The translations under genes and the position numbers were made by a program. A stretch of DNA of 63,049 nt, filler included, from Olpidium bornovanus S191 (taxonomy: Eukaryota; Fungi; Olpidiomycota): NCBI GenBank assembly GCA_017911155.1. It is 27 parts of 27 records of this genome, joined end to end, with 100 filler letters (N's around TTAATTAATTAA, not from the genome) between each part and the next. Parts side by side here need not be neighbours in the genome. Positions count along the whole stretch, not along the records: positions 1 to 4,501 come from JAEFCI010008822.1; positions 4,602 to 7,513 come from JAEFCI010003082.1; positions 7,614 to 9,833 come from JAEFCI010009139.1; positions 9,934 to 11,976 come from JAEFCI010001141.1; positions 12,077 to 13,709 come from JAEFCI010001789.1; 22 more parts are not named here. The stretch is one strand, 5' to 3'. Under the pieces are notes generated by a model. The model was given only the letters and a program-made list of their open reading frames with translations, did not search any database and was not told the origin of the DNA. Below are positions 1 to 12,688 of the stretch, one piece after another. Every line of letters starts with the position of its first letter. The stretch's first letter is position 1.

Positions 1-1289
1 AAAGGCGCTCGGTATCACGCAGTCCGCCGCGGTGAGGTCGCTGTTCACGTCCAGCACCAGGCCCGAGGACCGAAAGTTGAACGGCAATTTCTTTAACAGA
101 GGAACGATCCGGCAGATCATGTGAAAAGCGCTCCGGGGGTTTTTTTGACCCCTTACAGGCGCGTCACCGGGCGGGGACCTCTTTGTCCCGCAGTTTTCGC
201 CGTTCTTTTTATCTCGAGAATTGTTGCGCAAAAAGCTCCTGACGGGCGCTGGCTCGCCGTTTGTACAAATCATCGCTTTTCTCAAAAATAATATGCTCCC
301 TGGCGTTCTGGCCGGAAGTGACGCCTTGCGCAGCAAGACCGTTGTGCTGCGCTTCCGGGCCCCAGCGATGTCTAAACTTGCCTGGACTCGGGGGGTCCAA
401 TTTACGGGAAGGCAGCGGCACCAGCAGCAATAATTGGGCTTGCCACTAGGCTTTTAATTCCACTAATCTAGGGTGTTGAGAGAAGGAGGAAGAGAAAGAG
501 AGACACACATATTGGCCTGCGGCAGTCGAAAGGTTTGTGGGCCGACGGACGGCACGCTGCGTCTATGGAAGCACACAGGTTGCACACTCGTAGAGCGGAC
601 CAGAGCGCGTACTGTGCATGAAGCGGCGGCCCGCAAAGCGCGTGCTGGTTCCGCCGATGGCGGGGGGGGAGCGGAGGTGGGTGGGGATGGCGGGGTGGGG
701 TGCGTGGTTCGGATTTAATGAACTCGAATTCCGGGATGGAGGAGGACGCCCGCAGCCAAACCCGGAAGACCCGGACGCAGAGCTCAAAAGCGAGATGGGT
801 GGCAGAGTTGGGGGTGGCCTTCTCTACAAGTCCTCGCAAGGGAGCCGATCTCCTGCTATCTACTTCTAGTCTGTTTTGGGTGAGGGCGGAACTAGCGGGA
901 GCTCCAGGGGCTTACGGGAGGACGTAGTTCCAGCCACGCAACGCTCTTCGGTTTCTTCTGCCCGCCCCTCCCCACTCCCTTCTTCACCCCCCTTTTCCCT
1001 GTAGCGTAAACAATCCCCGAGAATGGAGAGTGCGCGGATGCGAAGACCAAGGCGAGATGGGAATGTGTTTCCTGTTTACTTCTACGGGAACCAGTTTGGC
1101 GGTGGCCGTCCAGTATTATATACCAAAGGAGAAGAGGCGACCCTGGCCCTTTTGTTTGTGTCCCGATAGGGCGCCCGGGAAAGAGGGCCGGAGGAATCCT
1201 TTTTTTTCGCGCCCGTGCTGCTTTTGCTCTTCCTTTTCTCCGCGACATTCCCTTTCCCCGCACACTCTCCGCACACCGCCGCAAACAAA

Positions 1290-1520
1290 ACGCAGGCACG
1301 CGCCTTCTCTGTTGCTCGTTCTCTCTGCTCTCTCCCTCTGCTCTCTCTCTCTCTTTCGCTCGTCTGCTTTCTCTCGCTCTCGCTCTCTCCTTGTCGCTCT
1401 CTCTCTCTGTCTCCCTCTCTCTCTCTCTGCTCGCTGCTCTCTCGCTCCCTGCTGTCTCTCCCTGTCTCTCTCGCCCGCTTTCCATATCGCAGCCCCCTCC
1501 TCCTCCTCCTCCTCCCAGGC
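1290..1520 (+). repeat. CT/TC-rich microsatellite and polypyrimidine tract upstream of the epimerase gene
   Basis: Long degenerate (CT)n/(TC)n runs ending in (CCT)n. Confidence 0.8.
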
Positions 1521-1581
1521 CGCTGCTTGAAAAACAGGCAGAGAAAGAAGAAGGAGAAGGAGTGAAGTTAGCAGGCAAAGG

Positions 1582-3156
1582 ATGAAAACGTCCAGGACTG
1601 TACTCGGTACGACAGGCGCAGCGGCTGTGTGTTAGTGAGGGGTGAGGGAGTGTGGAGGGGGACCTGAAGCCTTTAGGAGGGGAGCGAGCGAGAAAGAGAG
1701 AGAGCGCGCGGGAGAGAGAGCGAAGAGGGGGCAGTATCAAGCGTCCCGTCTTATCGCGGCCGAATTGTGTGCGCGGGATAGCAACTGGCGAACCTTGCTT
1801 CGGGATTCCGATGATCGCTGCTGTTTTAACTGATTGATGCCTGTGCCCACGGCCTCCCTCCCCTCCCCTTCCCCCTTTCCCCCCTATTACGGCGCCGGCT
1901 TTCCGCCCTTCCGCCCCATTCCTCTCGAACGGGTATCCTCCTCTTTTCTTCTTCGCTTGCCAAAAGTCACCGGCGGCTGCGGCTACATCGGCAGTCACAC
2001 GGTGCTGGAGCTGCTGGAGGCGGGATTCGGGGTCGTCGTCGTGGACAACCTGTGCAACGCCTCGGAGGAGAGCCTGCGCAGGGTGGAGGAGATCACGGGC
2101 GCGAAGGCGAAGAAGGCCGCCTTCTACAAAGTCGATGTCCTTGACCGGCCCGCCCTGGACGGCGTTTTCGCCAGGCACCCCGACATCTCGGCCGTCGTGC
2201 ACTTTGCCGGATGGAAGGCCGTCGGGGAGTCGACCCAGATCCCGCTCGCGTACTACAAGAACAACATCGCAGGTGAGTGGTTTGTGGGGCAGACGCCGGG
2301 GGCAGGGCCCCGATCCGGATCCGGTGAATCGCGCGGCTTCGTACCGGACCCGGAGTCGGCCCCGTTTGAGGACTTTGGCGACCGCACCTTCACCCCCCTT
2401 CTCACCACGCCGTTTGGCCGTCTTCTCCAAGGAACCGTGACTCTTCTGGAGGCAATGAAGGCCGCCAAGGTGCACCGCATCGTATTCTCTAGCTCCGCGA
2501 CCGTGTACGGCAACCCACCCAAGGTTCCGATCCCGGAGACCTCGCCGCTGCACTCGACGAACCCTTATGGCCGGTCGAAACTGTTCATCGAGTCGATAAT
2601 CCGGGATTTGTGCGAGGCGGAACCGGAGGTGTTCTCCGCTTGCCTGCTCCGCTACTTCAACCCGGCCGGCGCCCACCCCTCTGGCCGGATGGGCGAGAAC
2701 CCGCGCGGTGTGCCAAACAACCTTATGCCCTTCACGGCACAGGTTGCCATAGGCCAGCGCGATCACGTCAGCGTGTTCGGGAACGATTACGAGACTCGGG
2801 ACGGCACCGGCATTCGGGACTACCTTCACGTGGTTGATCTTGCCAGAGGACATCTTGCCGCACTGAGGAAGTTGGAGAGCCTGGAGAAACCGAGTTGCCT
2901 GGTTTATAACCTCGGCACAGGAAGGGGCTCCACCGTTCTCGAGATGATTGCGGCCATGTCCAAGGCCGTCGGCAGGCAGATCCCCTACAAAATCGTCGGT
3001 CGTCGGCCCGGAGATGTCAGGGACCTCACGGCAGACCCGACGCTCGCTAACCGCGAACTCAACTGGAAGGCGGAGGTTACCCTAGACCAGATGTGCGCAG
3101 ACCTGTGGAGGTGGCAGTCGAACAACCCGCACGGTTACGCGGACGCTCCGAAATGA
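1582..3156 (+). CDS. GALE: UDP-glucose 4-epimerase, 3 exons (1582-1606, 1967-2272, 2432-3156)
   Basis: The spliced product begins [19 protein letters not shown] (GxxGxxG) and contains [20 protein letters not shown], catalytic YGRSK, LRYFNP and [12 protein letters not shown] introns restore the frame. No mutarotase fusion. Confidence 0.95.
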
Positions 3157-4501
3157 TCGATATTTGCAAAAAGACCTTCCGCGACGTAAAGGGAGCAGCT
3201 GCCGGAGCTTTTGATTCCTGCCCACTTCCGCATGAACATGGTCGTTTTGCTGGGTGGCTGTCGAATCGGTCGAATTGTCACCACGCACCCCTCTGGTTTG
3301 GCAGCGGGTGAAAGCCATGACAATACTCAAGTTTTCCCAGTCGATCGCTCGAATCAAGGAAGTCGACACGAAGTCGTCGTCGATACGATCGAGGTATATT
3401 GACGTTAATGCTCCGTGGCCCCCGGGACGCGTCCGCAGGTCCGTCGCCCCTCGTAGTACCCACCCACCACCACTACCCCCCTTCCCACTCTCCCCCCATT
3501 CCAATGTCCCGCGATCAGAATGAGAGAGGGCGAAGCCCGTAGTAAATGTTCGCCCCCACCCAATTTTGGCGGAGGTAACAAATAATTAAGCGCGGCGACT
3601 GCGCGCGGACGTTGAAACACGCGCGACCCCACGCTGACAGAACCCCCCCCCCCCCTCCCTCCCCCCGCCCCCCCCCCCCCCACCCCCCCCCCCCCCCCCT
3701 TCCTTCACCCGCTCCCCTCATTCCGGCTGGCACGCGGTTCGTTGATTCTTCGGTCATCGCGTACACACGGTCGACGGTCTGGCGGTCTGGGCCTTGCTCG
3801 CACACGGTCCTTTGGGTTCGACGGACTCTTCTCTTCCCCTTTCCCCGAGCAGTGTGCCCCTACACTTACCGGCGGCCAGAGCGGCCAAAACTTTTTTCAT
3901 ACCGCCCCGCTTTTCGACGGATCCCCCTCCACTCTCCCTTCGCCCGGGAAAAAAGGGACGTCGCGCGCGGCAAGCGCGTCGTCGCGTCCCGCGTCGCACG
4001 TGGATAAAACGGGCGCGAGGGGCCCGGCTTACCAGGAAGAGGGACGCGCGCGCGCAAATTAAAGAAAAGCAATTTATACCCCTCCCACCAACCCTGACGA
4101 CCGTCAACTTCCCACAACCCCCCCGCCCCCCCACCACATCCACCCCCGCGCCCCTCGCAAGCGAAGCTTGAAATAAATTCCCCGGAACCCGCCCGCAACT
4201 TGTGTGCAGCGGAACTTGGGCCCAGCGGAAATGGGAGGTCAAATGCGTTGTTTGTTTTGTGCGCATGCCCGTCGGGAAAAAGTGAAGCGTTTGATCGGAT
4301 CTCCTTTTTGCACGTTTTGAGGACGGGGAAGAGAAAAAGGGAGCCGTATATTAGAAAGGGTTAGATCGGTTCAGTGGGCGCATGACGCCGTCCCCCCCCC
4401 CTCTTCCCCCAACCCCCGCGTTCCTCGGTGGTCACGCGTAGAAAACCAAAAAAAAAAAATTCTAATGGGTGAAGCTTGAAAACGTGAACGGCGTTCGGCC
4501 A

Positions 4502-4601
4502 NNNNNNNNNNNNNNNNNNNNNNNNNNNNNNNNNNNNNNNNNNNNTTAATTAATTAANNNNNNNNNNNNNNNNNNNNNNNNNNNNNNNNNNNNNNNNNNN
4601 N
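4502..4601. other. Artificial contig-concatenation linker (first of 26)
   Basis: N44-TTAATTAATTAA-N44; the 12-mer gives stops in all six frames. The same block recurs 26 times (e.g. 7514, 9834, 20041, 31422, 43501, 61805). Confidence 0.98.
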
Positions 4602-5915
4602 CATGCTGTAGCATCCAAACCTGCTCAATTAACCGCCGCTTTTCTCTCAGCTTCGCTTGCGCGGCTGTCCAATTAGCCTCCATCCTAGCCACTTGCTCGA
4701 CTGTCAACGTTGTTGGTTCCGGTGGAGGTGACGGCGAGCGCAGCCGATGTTCTGTTTCCGCTTCCTCTGCGGCAGCGATCAGGGCGGCCTCGACTTCAAA
4801 ATCGTCTTTGGGCGGGCCCACACCATTAATGTCGAACTCCCCCCTGTTGATAGAATGCCGGATTTCAAAGTCTAAGGGTAGAGTCGGCGTCCCTGTTGAT
4901 TCCGGCAGAAGGAGGACAATAAGTGACGTTCGACGCTTTTAGAAAACTCGCCCTGTGTAAGTTTTCACGAACCGTTAAAGTTGAAGTCGAGATCGTCGCC
5001 TTGGTCGACCGCGTTATTACTGTTGCGGCACGACGCAGAGATATCTACGTGACTGTCACCATCTACAGGCACAAGCAGCGGAGGAGGTTCCGCAACAGAG
5101 GGACGATCGCCAGTCCGGATCTCTTGCATGTCAAGGGAAGGCTCGACAATAGCGGGAATTTTTCCCTGAGATTTCGCCGCTGCCTCGACGAAGTCAAAAT
5201 CTACGTCGTTTTCGCCCTCGACAACAGGGTGCTGCCCGCACGCCTTTTCTCCACCACCTGGGTGCCACTCGACCGCGGGGTCGATTTCAATCGGTGGCCC
5301 TTCCCGTCCTCGGGCTTCGGGAACTCTGATATCTGCCTCATGACATCGGCGCCCAAGGTTTCGGGCGACACCTTCCTTAGTGCTGTCTGCAGGACCAATA
5401 ACGCACAAATCGATATCCTCGCGCGTGGGCGGTTCCTCTCCTCGAGAACTTGAACCGAAAATATCACGGCGGTTCAGAGCGCCTCCGTCCGCTTCTGCGC
5501 CGTCTACTGCGGGTGTCGGCCGAAACGTTTCCGCGCCACCGTCCTCGTCGCCAGCGACCGCAGTTTGCGGCTGGTTGTCAATTACTTGCCCGTTCGCAGG
5601 TTGAATCTGCTCAACCGCGTTGCCGGCCGCTGTTACCGGCGCAGGTTCAGGCTCCTTGCCTTCGGGGATCAACAGATCCCCCGCGTTCGAGTCGACTTCC
5701 GTTCGTCGAGCGCGCTTCGTGCGCCCGGCGACCAAAGCACCTTTGCTTCTCCCCCCCTTGGGTCCGCTTTCCGATACAGCCGGCCGTGCCTCCGGAGTCG
5801 GGGTGGGTGCGGGCGCCTTGGCGCTCAGGCGGGCAGATTGGCGACGCGGGGCGGCCCCGCCGCCCTCCTGCTTCGCGCCGGGGGCGCGAACGTCCAGGTG
5901 ACGAGATGCTTCCAT
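4602..5915 (-). CDS. Disordered acidic protein with an RPA32-binding-like motif near the contig end (partial, splicing unresolved)
   Basis: Long low-complexity ORF 4965-6008 plus downstream ORF 4602-4821 containing LTVEQVARMEANWTAAQAKLREKRR. Confidence 0.35.
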
Positions 5916-7613
5916 TTGTTCGCCCCCTTTTGTCTCCGGCTGACCGCCAGGACCTCGTGCCCGGTGCGTGACGTTGAGTTCGGAAGTGTGGATGGCGAGT
6001 GGGTTCACGGGGTTCGCGGGGGGGGGGGTGCGAGCGGGTTAAAGAGAGCGAATCTGCGCGTGTCCAATCGCGTGCCCGCGGCCGCTCCCCGTATTGTTTG
6101 GCCGCCGTTATGCCGCGTGCGCGCCGGGAGGGCCCAACCGGCAGGGCCGGTCGCCCCGTTCAGCGTGTGACGCTCCATGAGATCCAAGGCGGCAGCGTCG
6201 GACTTTCCGGCGGAAATGGAGCACGCCGAAATGATGCGCAAGTTTACCGTGGATTCCATGGAAGACATGGCCGCTTGGCGTTCGCCTGCGTGTCCTGTAG
6301 CAGGCTGCGTTAACGTTCGCCTCGAGGGTGCTCTCGTTTGTCCGACGGCGGCACCTCGTCCCAGGGAGCCGCCGCAAAATTTTTAGAACGTCCCAACTGT
6401 CCTGTTCGCTTCAAAAGCATCGATGTTTGCGTCTGAGCGCGCTCATCCCGGGGCGCATTTCGATGGGCATCCGTCCCATTTCGGAACATGTTCGTGCACC
6501 GCACAATTCGAGCGGCAGCAAAAATTTACGTGCAAGTACTTCGTTGGACGTGCGGGGGAATTGCCGTGCCAGCTCCCTAGCAAGCAGGAAAGAAATTCAC
6601 TCTGAGTAGTTCTCGAGAGCGTTCCCGTCGGTATTTTACCCGAACCGCTAGGGTAGGTCTTTTGAAAAAAAAAACCCCCGCAATCGTAACGTTTTTTCCC
6701 TGCTTAGAAACGTTCTCGTTTTAATAGGGGGTGTCAAACCACAGGTGATACGGCCGTCAAAGAACAGTTGATACGGAGGACCAGCGATGGCCCCGGATCA
6801 CCGTGATACCGTATGATGGCAGCTTCTGGGACTAGGTCTTGCCTTTGGAAGTCCAAAGCTAGCCTAGAAAGGTAGCAGCAATGTAGCCCAGCAGGCTCGC
6901 CCAGCCAACCCCCCCCCCCACGGCAGCATAAACAAAACTGAATGTGTTCCGTAACCCAGTCCAAAACCAACAAAGAACCGTTAACTCTGAACTGTTTACT
7001 CTGAACCGCAACGCCACAACTGGCATGAACGTCGCTGGCAGTGACAGGTGTCATGCTGACACGCCAGGACCTCCCATGACACTAGAGGAAATGTCAGGAG
7101 GAGGCCCTAGCATTGAAAGACAGCTCGCCGCTGCTGGCGGCGCCGTCTTCAACGGCAGCAATGCAGCCCAAGGCCCGGCTGCCCCGGTCCCCGGGAAGCC
7201 AGCACAGACTACAACACCGACGAAGCAGATGACGCTAACAAAATGCCAAAAGTCACGTTCACGAGGGAGCACTACGAGCTCATCACTGAGTGACTGGAAA
7301 CAATCAGAACATCACAAATTCAATGGGACGAGCGGCAAAACGCAGGCCGGCACCGGCAAGAATGTCCGGAAGGGAGCTGGCTTCACCGAAGTACATGAGA
7401 ATTGGAATCGGAAGAAGTATGGAGTGCGTTGGCGGAAGAATTCGGGTTAGTCCGCGTTGCAGCATCAAACTGCAGGGCCGCTTGCTGGCACATCGTTATG
7501 TTTTCAAGGTTGCNNNNNNNNNNNNNNNNNNNNNNNNNNNNNNNNNNNNNNNNNNNNTTAATTAATTAANNNNNNNNNNNNNNNNNNNNNNNNNNNNNNN
7601 NNNNNNNNNNNNN

Positions 7614-9192
7614 CCATGGGAGCAGTATCTGTCGCGCCAAGGAATCCTCCATCAAGTGACGGTGCCTGACACACCATCGCAGAACGGACTCGCGGAAAGA
7701 ATCAAGCAGGACCCTCATCGATAAAGTTCGAGCGCTCCTGAAACATCACAACGCGCCGGACGCCTTATGGGGAGAAGCGCTGTCCACGGCGGCTTACCTC
7801 TATCACCGACTCCCACATCGCAGTCGCAACAACAAGACGCCGCACGAAATGTGGACGGGACTACGGCCGACAATTTCCCATCTACGAGTTTTCGGCTGCC
7901 TCGTGCAAGCGCTAATTCCCGTCAGTTGTCGACAAGGGGGCAAGCTTGCCAACCACGCCGGGGACCTCATCCTCGTCGGCTACGGCGAGACCTGAAATGG
8001 ATATCGGCTCTGGAACCCGTGCACCAGGCGCATCGTTTGGAGCAGGGATGTCACCTTTCACGACACAATCAGTGGCTTCGGGCGCGGGGCCGCGGGGGAG
8101 AAAATCGGGGAGAGAACTAGGGAGGACGACTCGTCAACCGATTCGGACTCGGACGGGGATTTCGGCCCCGGCCCGACGCACACCCGCATCGACAACGACA
8201 TCGACAACGACAACGACGAACCGCCATTTGAAGACACGCTCGCCGAGGTACGCTCGGCATCGGCGCCGCGTAGGTCCTCCCGGGCCCGCCGACCACTGCA
8301 CCTCTGGAGCTCAAAATACAAGGAAAGTCACCCAGCGGAATGTTTTGTCGCCACAGAAATACCAGCGGATCCCAGTACGTACCGAGATGCAGTATCTGGC
8401 CCGAAAAGGAAGCATGAAAAAATGCGATCACGGCGGAACTGGACTCTTTGCGTGCTTATGGGACATGGGACCCGGTCCCGGTGCAGACGCCAGCAGGAAG
8501 GAAGCCCGTTGGATGTCGTTGGGTGTTCAGGACCCAGCGCAACTCCGACGGCACAGTAAGGAAGCGAAAGGCCAGGCTTGTAGCGAAGGGTTTCTCACAA
8601 GTCGCCGGCGTAGACTTTTTTGACACCTTCGCGCCGGTAATGCGACTCGGAACACTTTGACTGGCGCTAGCCCTCGCTGCCGAAAGGGATCTGGAAGTGG
8701 ACGTCATAGACATCAAGTCTGCCTGCCTCAATGGGTTTTTGGAAGAAGAAATCCACATGGAAATTTCGGAAGGGGCAGCCGCCGAAGCGACAGCGGCATC
8801 TTCAGGCACCAGCCTTCGCCTTCGCAAGACGTTGTATGGCCTGAAGCAGGCGGGCCGTGTGTGGAACGCGCGCCTGCGCTCGGCGCTCGAAGCACAGGGA
8901 TTCCAGCGAGCAACAGCTGACCACGGCGCCTTCATCCGACGCGAACCCGCCGGGCAGTGCACTTGGATCCTGTCGTGGGTCGATGACCTGATCATCTTCG
9001 CTGAGAACCGACACACGGTCGAGAACAACAAGAAGCACTTCGCCAAGGATTTCGGCCTGACGGATGGCGACCCCGCGCAGAGCATAATCGGTATCCGCAT
9101 TTCGCTCCAGCGCGGAACCGACGGCTACATCGAAATCGATCAGGAAGACTACATCAATTCAAAAATCAGAAAGTTCGGCCAGGAACAACATG
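7614..9192 (+). mobile_element. Degenerate Ty1/copia pol (integrase C-terminal half to reverse transcriptase)
   Basis: PSQNGLAER and LWGEALSTAAYL (IN); GCRWVFRTQ, KARLVAKGFSQ, TLYGLKQAGRVW and WVDDL (RT). Integrase precedes RT. Frameshifts and an in-frame TGA are present. Confidence 0.92.
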
Positions 9193-9833
9193 AACTTGCG
9201 GATCAAGACCATTTTCCTCAAAATGTTTATGCAGCGAGCAATTTTATAGGTACACCATTGCTCCCCGCACCACGTCCCAAAGTTATGGGGACAAAATTCT
9301 TGCTATCATCACAAAGCAAGCCCAATTTCCAGGGTCCGGTTTAATTTCTCGGCGTCTTCCGCGCGTTGTAGTCTCGACGCGAGTCCCTCGGCCCCATAAT
9401 TCCTTTAGGTGTTTATTTCCAACGTATTCTTCGGAACCGTGGATCTTGACGCGCCATCCATGATTTTCGACAAAAAGCAGGTGGGTCCGCTAGCACGCGA
9501 CTGGTTCCATGCCACGCCCTTTGATGGGAGAAAGTGCCCTCTCGCCAGGCACTTTGGTTCAACGTAGGTAAGCGCATATCGGTTCCCACGGATCGAGGTC
9601 GGGTACGGCCCGTCAGATCCACGTGCATGATCCGTTGCCGGCGCATGCAGCTTCCCCGTTTGTTTTGTCAGATTGGCACGGGTTCGCATAAAAGCTCGGC
9701 AGTTGGCCGAGGCATGCACGGAGGTCTTCCCTCCAGGTTGTTTCTGCAGTAGGTGCAGATTTTTCCATCTGAGGTGTCCTGAGCTCGGCCTGCCAAATCT
9801 CGTAGTTTTCGCGGGTCACAGTCGGGCTTGCCG
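9189..9833 (-). mobile_element. Second, opposite-strand Ty1/copia integrase remnant
   Basis: Minus-strand D..GPYPTSIRGNRYALTYVE, then EKLNRTL and LWDVVRGAMVYL, with many stops. Confidence 0.7.
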
Positions 9834-9943
9834 NNNNNNNNNNNNNNNNNNNNNNNNNNNNNNNNNNNNNNNNNNNNTTAATTAATTAANNNNNNNNNNN
9901 NNNNNNNNNNNNNNNNNNNNNNNNNNNNNNNNNTTCTTAAACT

Positions 9944-9985
<42 letters not shown>

Positions 9986-10009
9986 ACCCCCCCCCCCCCC
10001 CCCCCCCCC

Positions 10010-10048
<39 letters not shown>

Positions 10049-10421
10049 ACCGCCCCCCCCCCCGCCCCCCCCAACCCCCCCCCCCCCTCCCCTCCCCCCG
10101 CCGTCGCAGCCGACACTCCGGTGCGCGGCGCCGGCTCTATCCTCCGCCGCCGGGGATTTGACGGTTCCTTCGTCGCCGCCGCCGTCCGGCCCCTGTTCGT
10201 CGCTGCAGTCCACACTCAGCTGAGCCCAACGCGACTCTGACGGCGAGACCAGACTGCCGGTTTCGCCAAACGGTTTCGTTCACAAAAAGGTCCCCCCCCT
10301 CCCTTCCCCTCCCTACAAACGGCCCCGCTGCCCCGGTCTCGTCTGCTCCTCCGCAGACCCTTCCCCCCCCCCCCCCCCCCCAATTCCCGGCCCCTTTTCC
10401 CCATCGGGTGCGCGCCGGACA

Positions 10422-11261
10422 ATGAAGTTTTCCACCGCGCTCCTCGTGCTCGCCGCCGTCCCTGCCGCCCTCGTTGCCGCGGTGCCCCCCGGGGAGGGCA
10501 GCGGGAACGCGCCGGCCGCCTCCGCGTACGCCGAGGAGCTGAAGTCGCACGTCCGGGCGCACATCGAAATGGCGCACAAGATCCTGAAATCACTCGCCGC
10601 CGATCTCCCCGGCAAGGCGGGCGAGTTTGAGATCAACTGCAGGCTAGGCCCGCCGGGCTCAACCGGTCGCAAAAAGAAACTGTTTTCGTTGCGCGACACT
10701 TTGCGGAAGATCGCGCACAATCTGCCCACGTGGTCCAGGTTTGCCCGCGACAACAACGAAGGGATCAAGTGCTGGTTCGTTAGCGTGGCGAACTTCCTGC
10801 GCCAGGAACTCAACGGCGAACTCGACCGGACGCCCACGCTCATCTTAAAGATGCAGGATTGGGCCGACAAGATTCATACCTTGGACGATGCGATCCGCCC
10901 CGTGTTTTTGTCCCCGAGTAACGACCCTCTCGAGGCTCACGGCGACCAGCTGCGCCGTATGATCTTACAAGGCGAGCGGAACGAGGGCGTTTACGCGCGT
11001 AACAACGCCGGCGCCCTGACCCGGAACGACCAAGACATCATCCTGCACGTGACACGTTCTTTGATGCGGCTTCATGAAATCCGTGAGAAAGCGCTGGACA
11101 ATATTCAGAAACGCGAAGAGGCGATTTGGGGGGGGGGGCCACGGCATGTAGGACGACGAGGAGGGAAATATTTGGAGGAAACGATGCCCAATTTACCCTC
11201 GTTAGGAAGCAGGCGCCCAGCGCATTTCGAGACCCCCCCGGATCACACAGCACACTCATGA
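10422..11261 (+). CDS. Intronless secreted protein of unknown family (C-terminus uncertain because of a G-run)
   Basis: Signal peptide MKFSTALLVLAAVPAALVAA, 279-aa ORF, no recognised domain. Confidence 0.75.
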   Translation: MKFSTALLVLAAVPAALVAAVPPGEGSGNAPAASAYAEELKSHVRAHIEMAHKILKSLAADLPGKAGEFEINCRLGPPGSTGRKKKLFSLRDTLRKIAHNLPTWSRFARDNNEGIKCWFVSVANFLRQELNGELDRTPTLILKMQDWADKIHTLDDAIRPVFLSPSNDPLEAHGDQLRRMILQGERNEGVYARNNAGALTRNDQDIILHVTRSLMRLHEIREKALDNIQKREEAIWGGGPRHVGRRGGKYLEETMPNLPSLGSRRPAHFETPPDHTAHS

Positions 11262-11862
11262 AAATATGTCACATAATAAAACGGACGGGGAAACCAGACT
11301 TTTGCGGCGTTTATGCACCCGAAACTTGCCTCTTCCGCGTCGCCTCCGCCAAGGTTGTGCGCGTGCCCGGCGAAGTGGATGTTGGCGAAGCAGGTGTCAA
11401 CGGTCCGCACCGTCGCCCGCGCAATCTTCCCCCCCCCTCCCCCCCTCCTCCCCCACAGGGGTGATAATGGAGTCGCGAACAGGCTGAACAGAGCGAGCTG
11501 CGAGGGAGAGGTGAGCGGGACGAAAACGCTCTTGTTGAGATGACTCGGGCGGAGACAAATTATCCCCTTCCGAACCGAATAATGCTCTGGGCCTGAATGC
11601 CAGGGTTACCCTGGTATAACGCTCCGAAGATAACTTTCTCTGTTTACGCCCATTTCACTTTATTAACTTTACTTCACATCCCTTCCCCCACTCCCTTCCC
11701 TTAAACCCCAGGCGCGTGACGGGCTGCAGCACCCGGGGACAACGCCCCGCCGATTTCTTCCCCCCTCCCCGCCGTTTATCCACGCAACAAAACCAAAAAA
11801 AAAGGAAAGAAAAGAAAAGGCAAAAAAAACCCCCCACCACCGGTGTTAATTGGCTTAAAAAA

Positions 11863-11976
<114 letters not shown>

Positions 11977-12640
11977 NNNNNNNNNNNNNNNNNNNNNNNN
12001 NNNNNNNNNNNNNNNNNNNNTTAATTAATTAANNNNNNNNNNNNNNNNNNNNNNNNNNNNNNNNNNNNNNNNNNNNAATGCGGACAGTTGCAGCCTCCGG
12101 CTGGTTTTCGTAATTTGTTGCGCGTCAAGTGGTAGATAACCCCGCAGAAGCGTCTCAAAGTGTGGAATGCAGGTGCAATATCTTTTTATCTTCCATGTGA
12201 GATGGGGACCGCACAACCAGAAAGAGGCCACTCTGGCTACTTATCAGCACCTTCTTCGCCTTCGTCTTCGCTACTCCGGGCTCCTCCTTGAACGAAGCAT
12301 TCAGGTAGCTCGTTTGACGCGTCAAATCCACGGAACCATCAGGCAAATCCACGCGGGGGGGGCAAAAAACTTACCGACGGTTTCCCTTGGTTCTTCGAAA
12401 ATCCGCTGGCGGCCACGACAACGTCAAAGCCGAAACCGCGTTTGCCTTTTTTTTTGTGACCTCGGCGCTTTCGTTTTGTCAGGTGGCGCGTTAGGCGAAG
12501 ACGAGAAAACAAAAACAACAACAAAACTCCTTCGCCCCCCCCCCCCCCCCCCCCCCCAAACAACCCCCCCCCCCCCCCCCCCCCGCCTCCTTAACAAAAA
12601 CGCGCGCCCTCCCCTTCCCCCGCCCACCCTCACTCCCACG

Positions 12641-12688
12641 CCTCAACCCACGCCTCAACCCACGCCTCAACCCACGCCTCAACCCACG
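12641..12688 (+). repeat. 12-bp tandem repeat (CCTCAACCCACG)x4
   Basis: Four perfect copies plus a partial upstream copy. Confidence 0.9.

Noticed and set aside
2273-2431. In-frame, stop-free 159-nt intron in the epimerase as a regulated retained intron
   Set aside because: Stop-free 3n introns are expected by chance at this GC content, and retention would disrupt the Rossmann fold.
892-2853. 653-aa minus-strand ORF and similar long ORFs (13928-16945, 14010-15389, 23760-24542, 40216-41049)
   Set aside because: Antisense or alternate-frame shadows of GC-rich genes and low-complexity DNA, with no motifs of their own.
6944-7513. 168-aa Ser/Thr/Gly-rich ORF
   Set aside because: Possibly a real exon, but there is no motif or convincing splice model.
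9946-10090. Very long C-runs (also 46768-46873) as G-quadruplex or telomeric elements
   Set aside because: They sit at contig ends and resemble poly-G sequencing artefacts; no telomeric unit is visible.
12077-12470. Possible three-exon minus-strand gene fragment (..YLNASFKEEPGVAKTKAKK..)
   Set aside because: Splice sites are plausible, but the frame depends on an A-run and the product is too short to identify.
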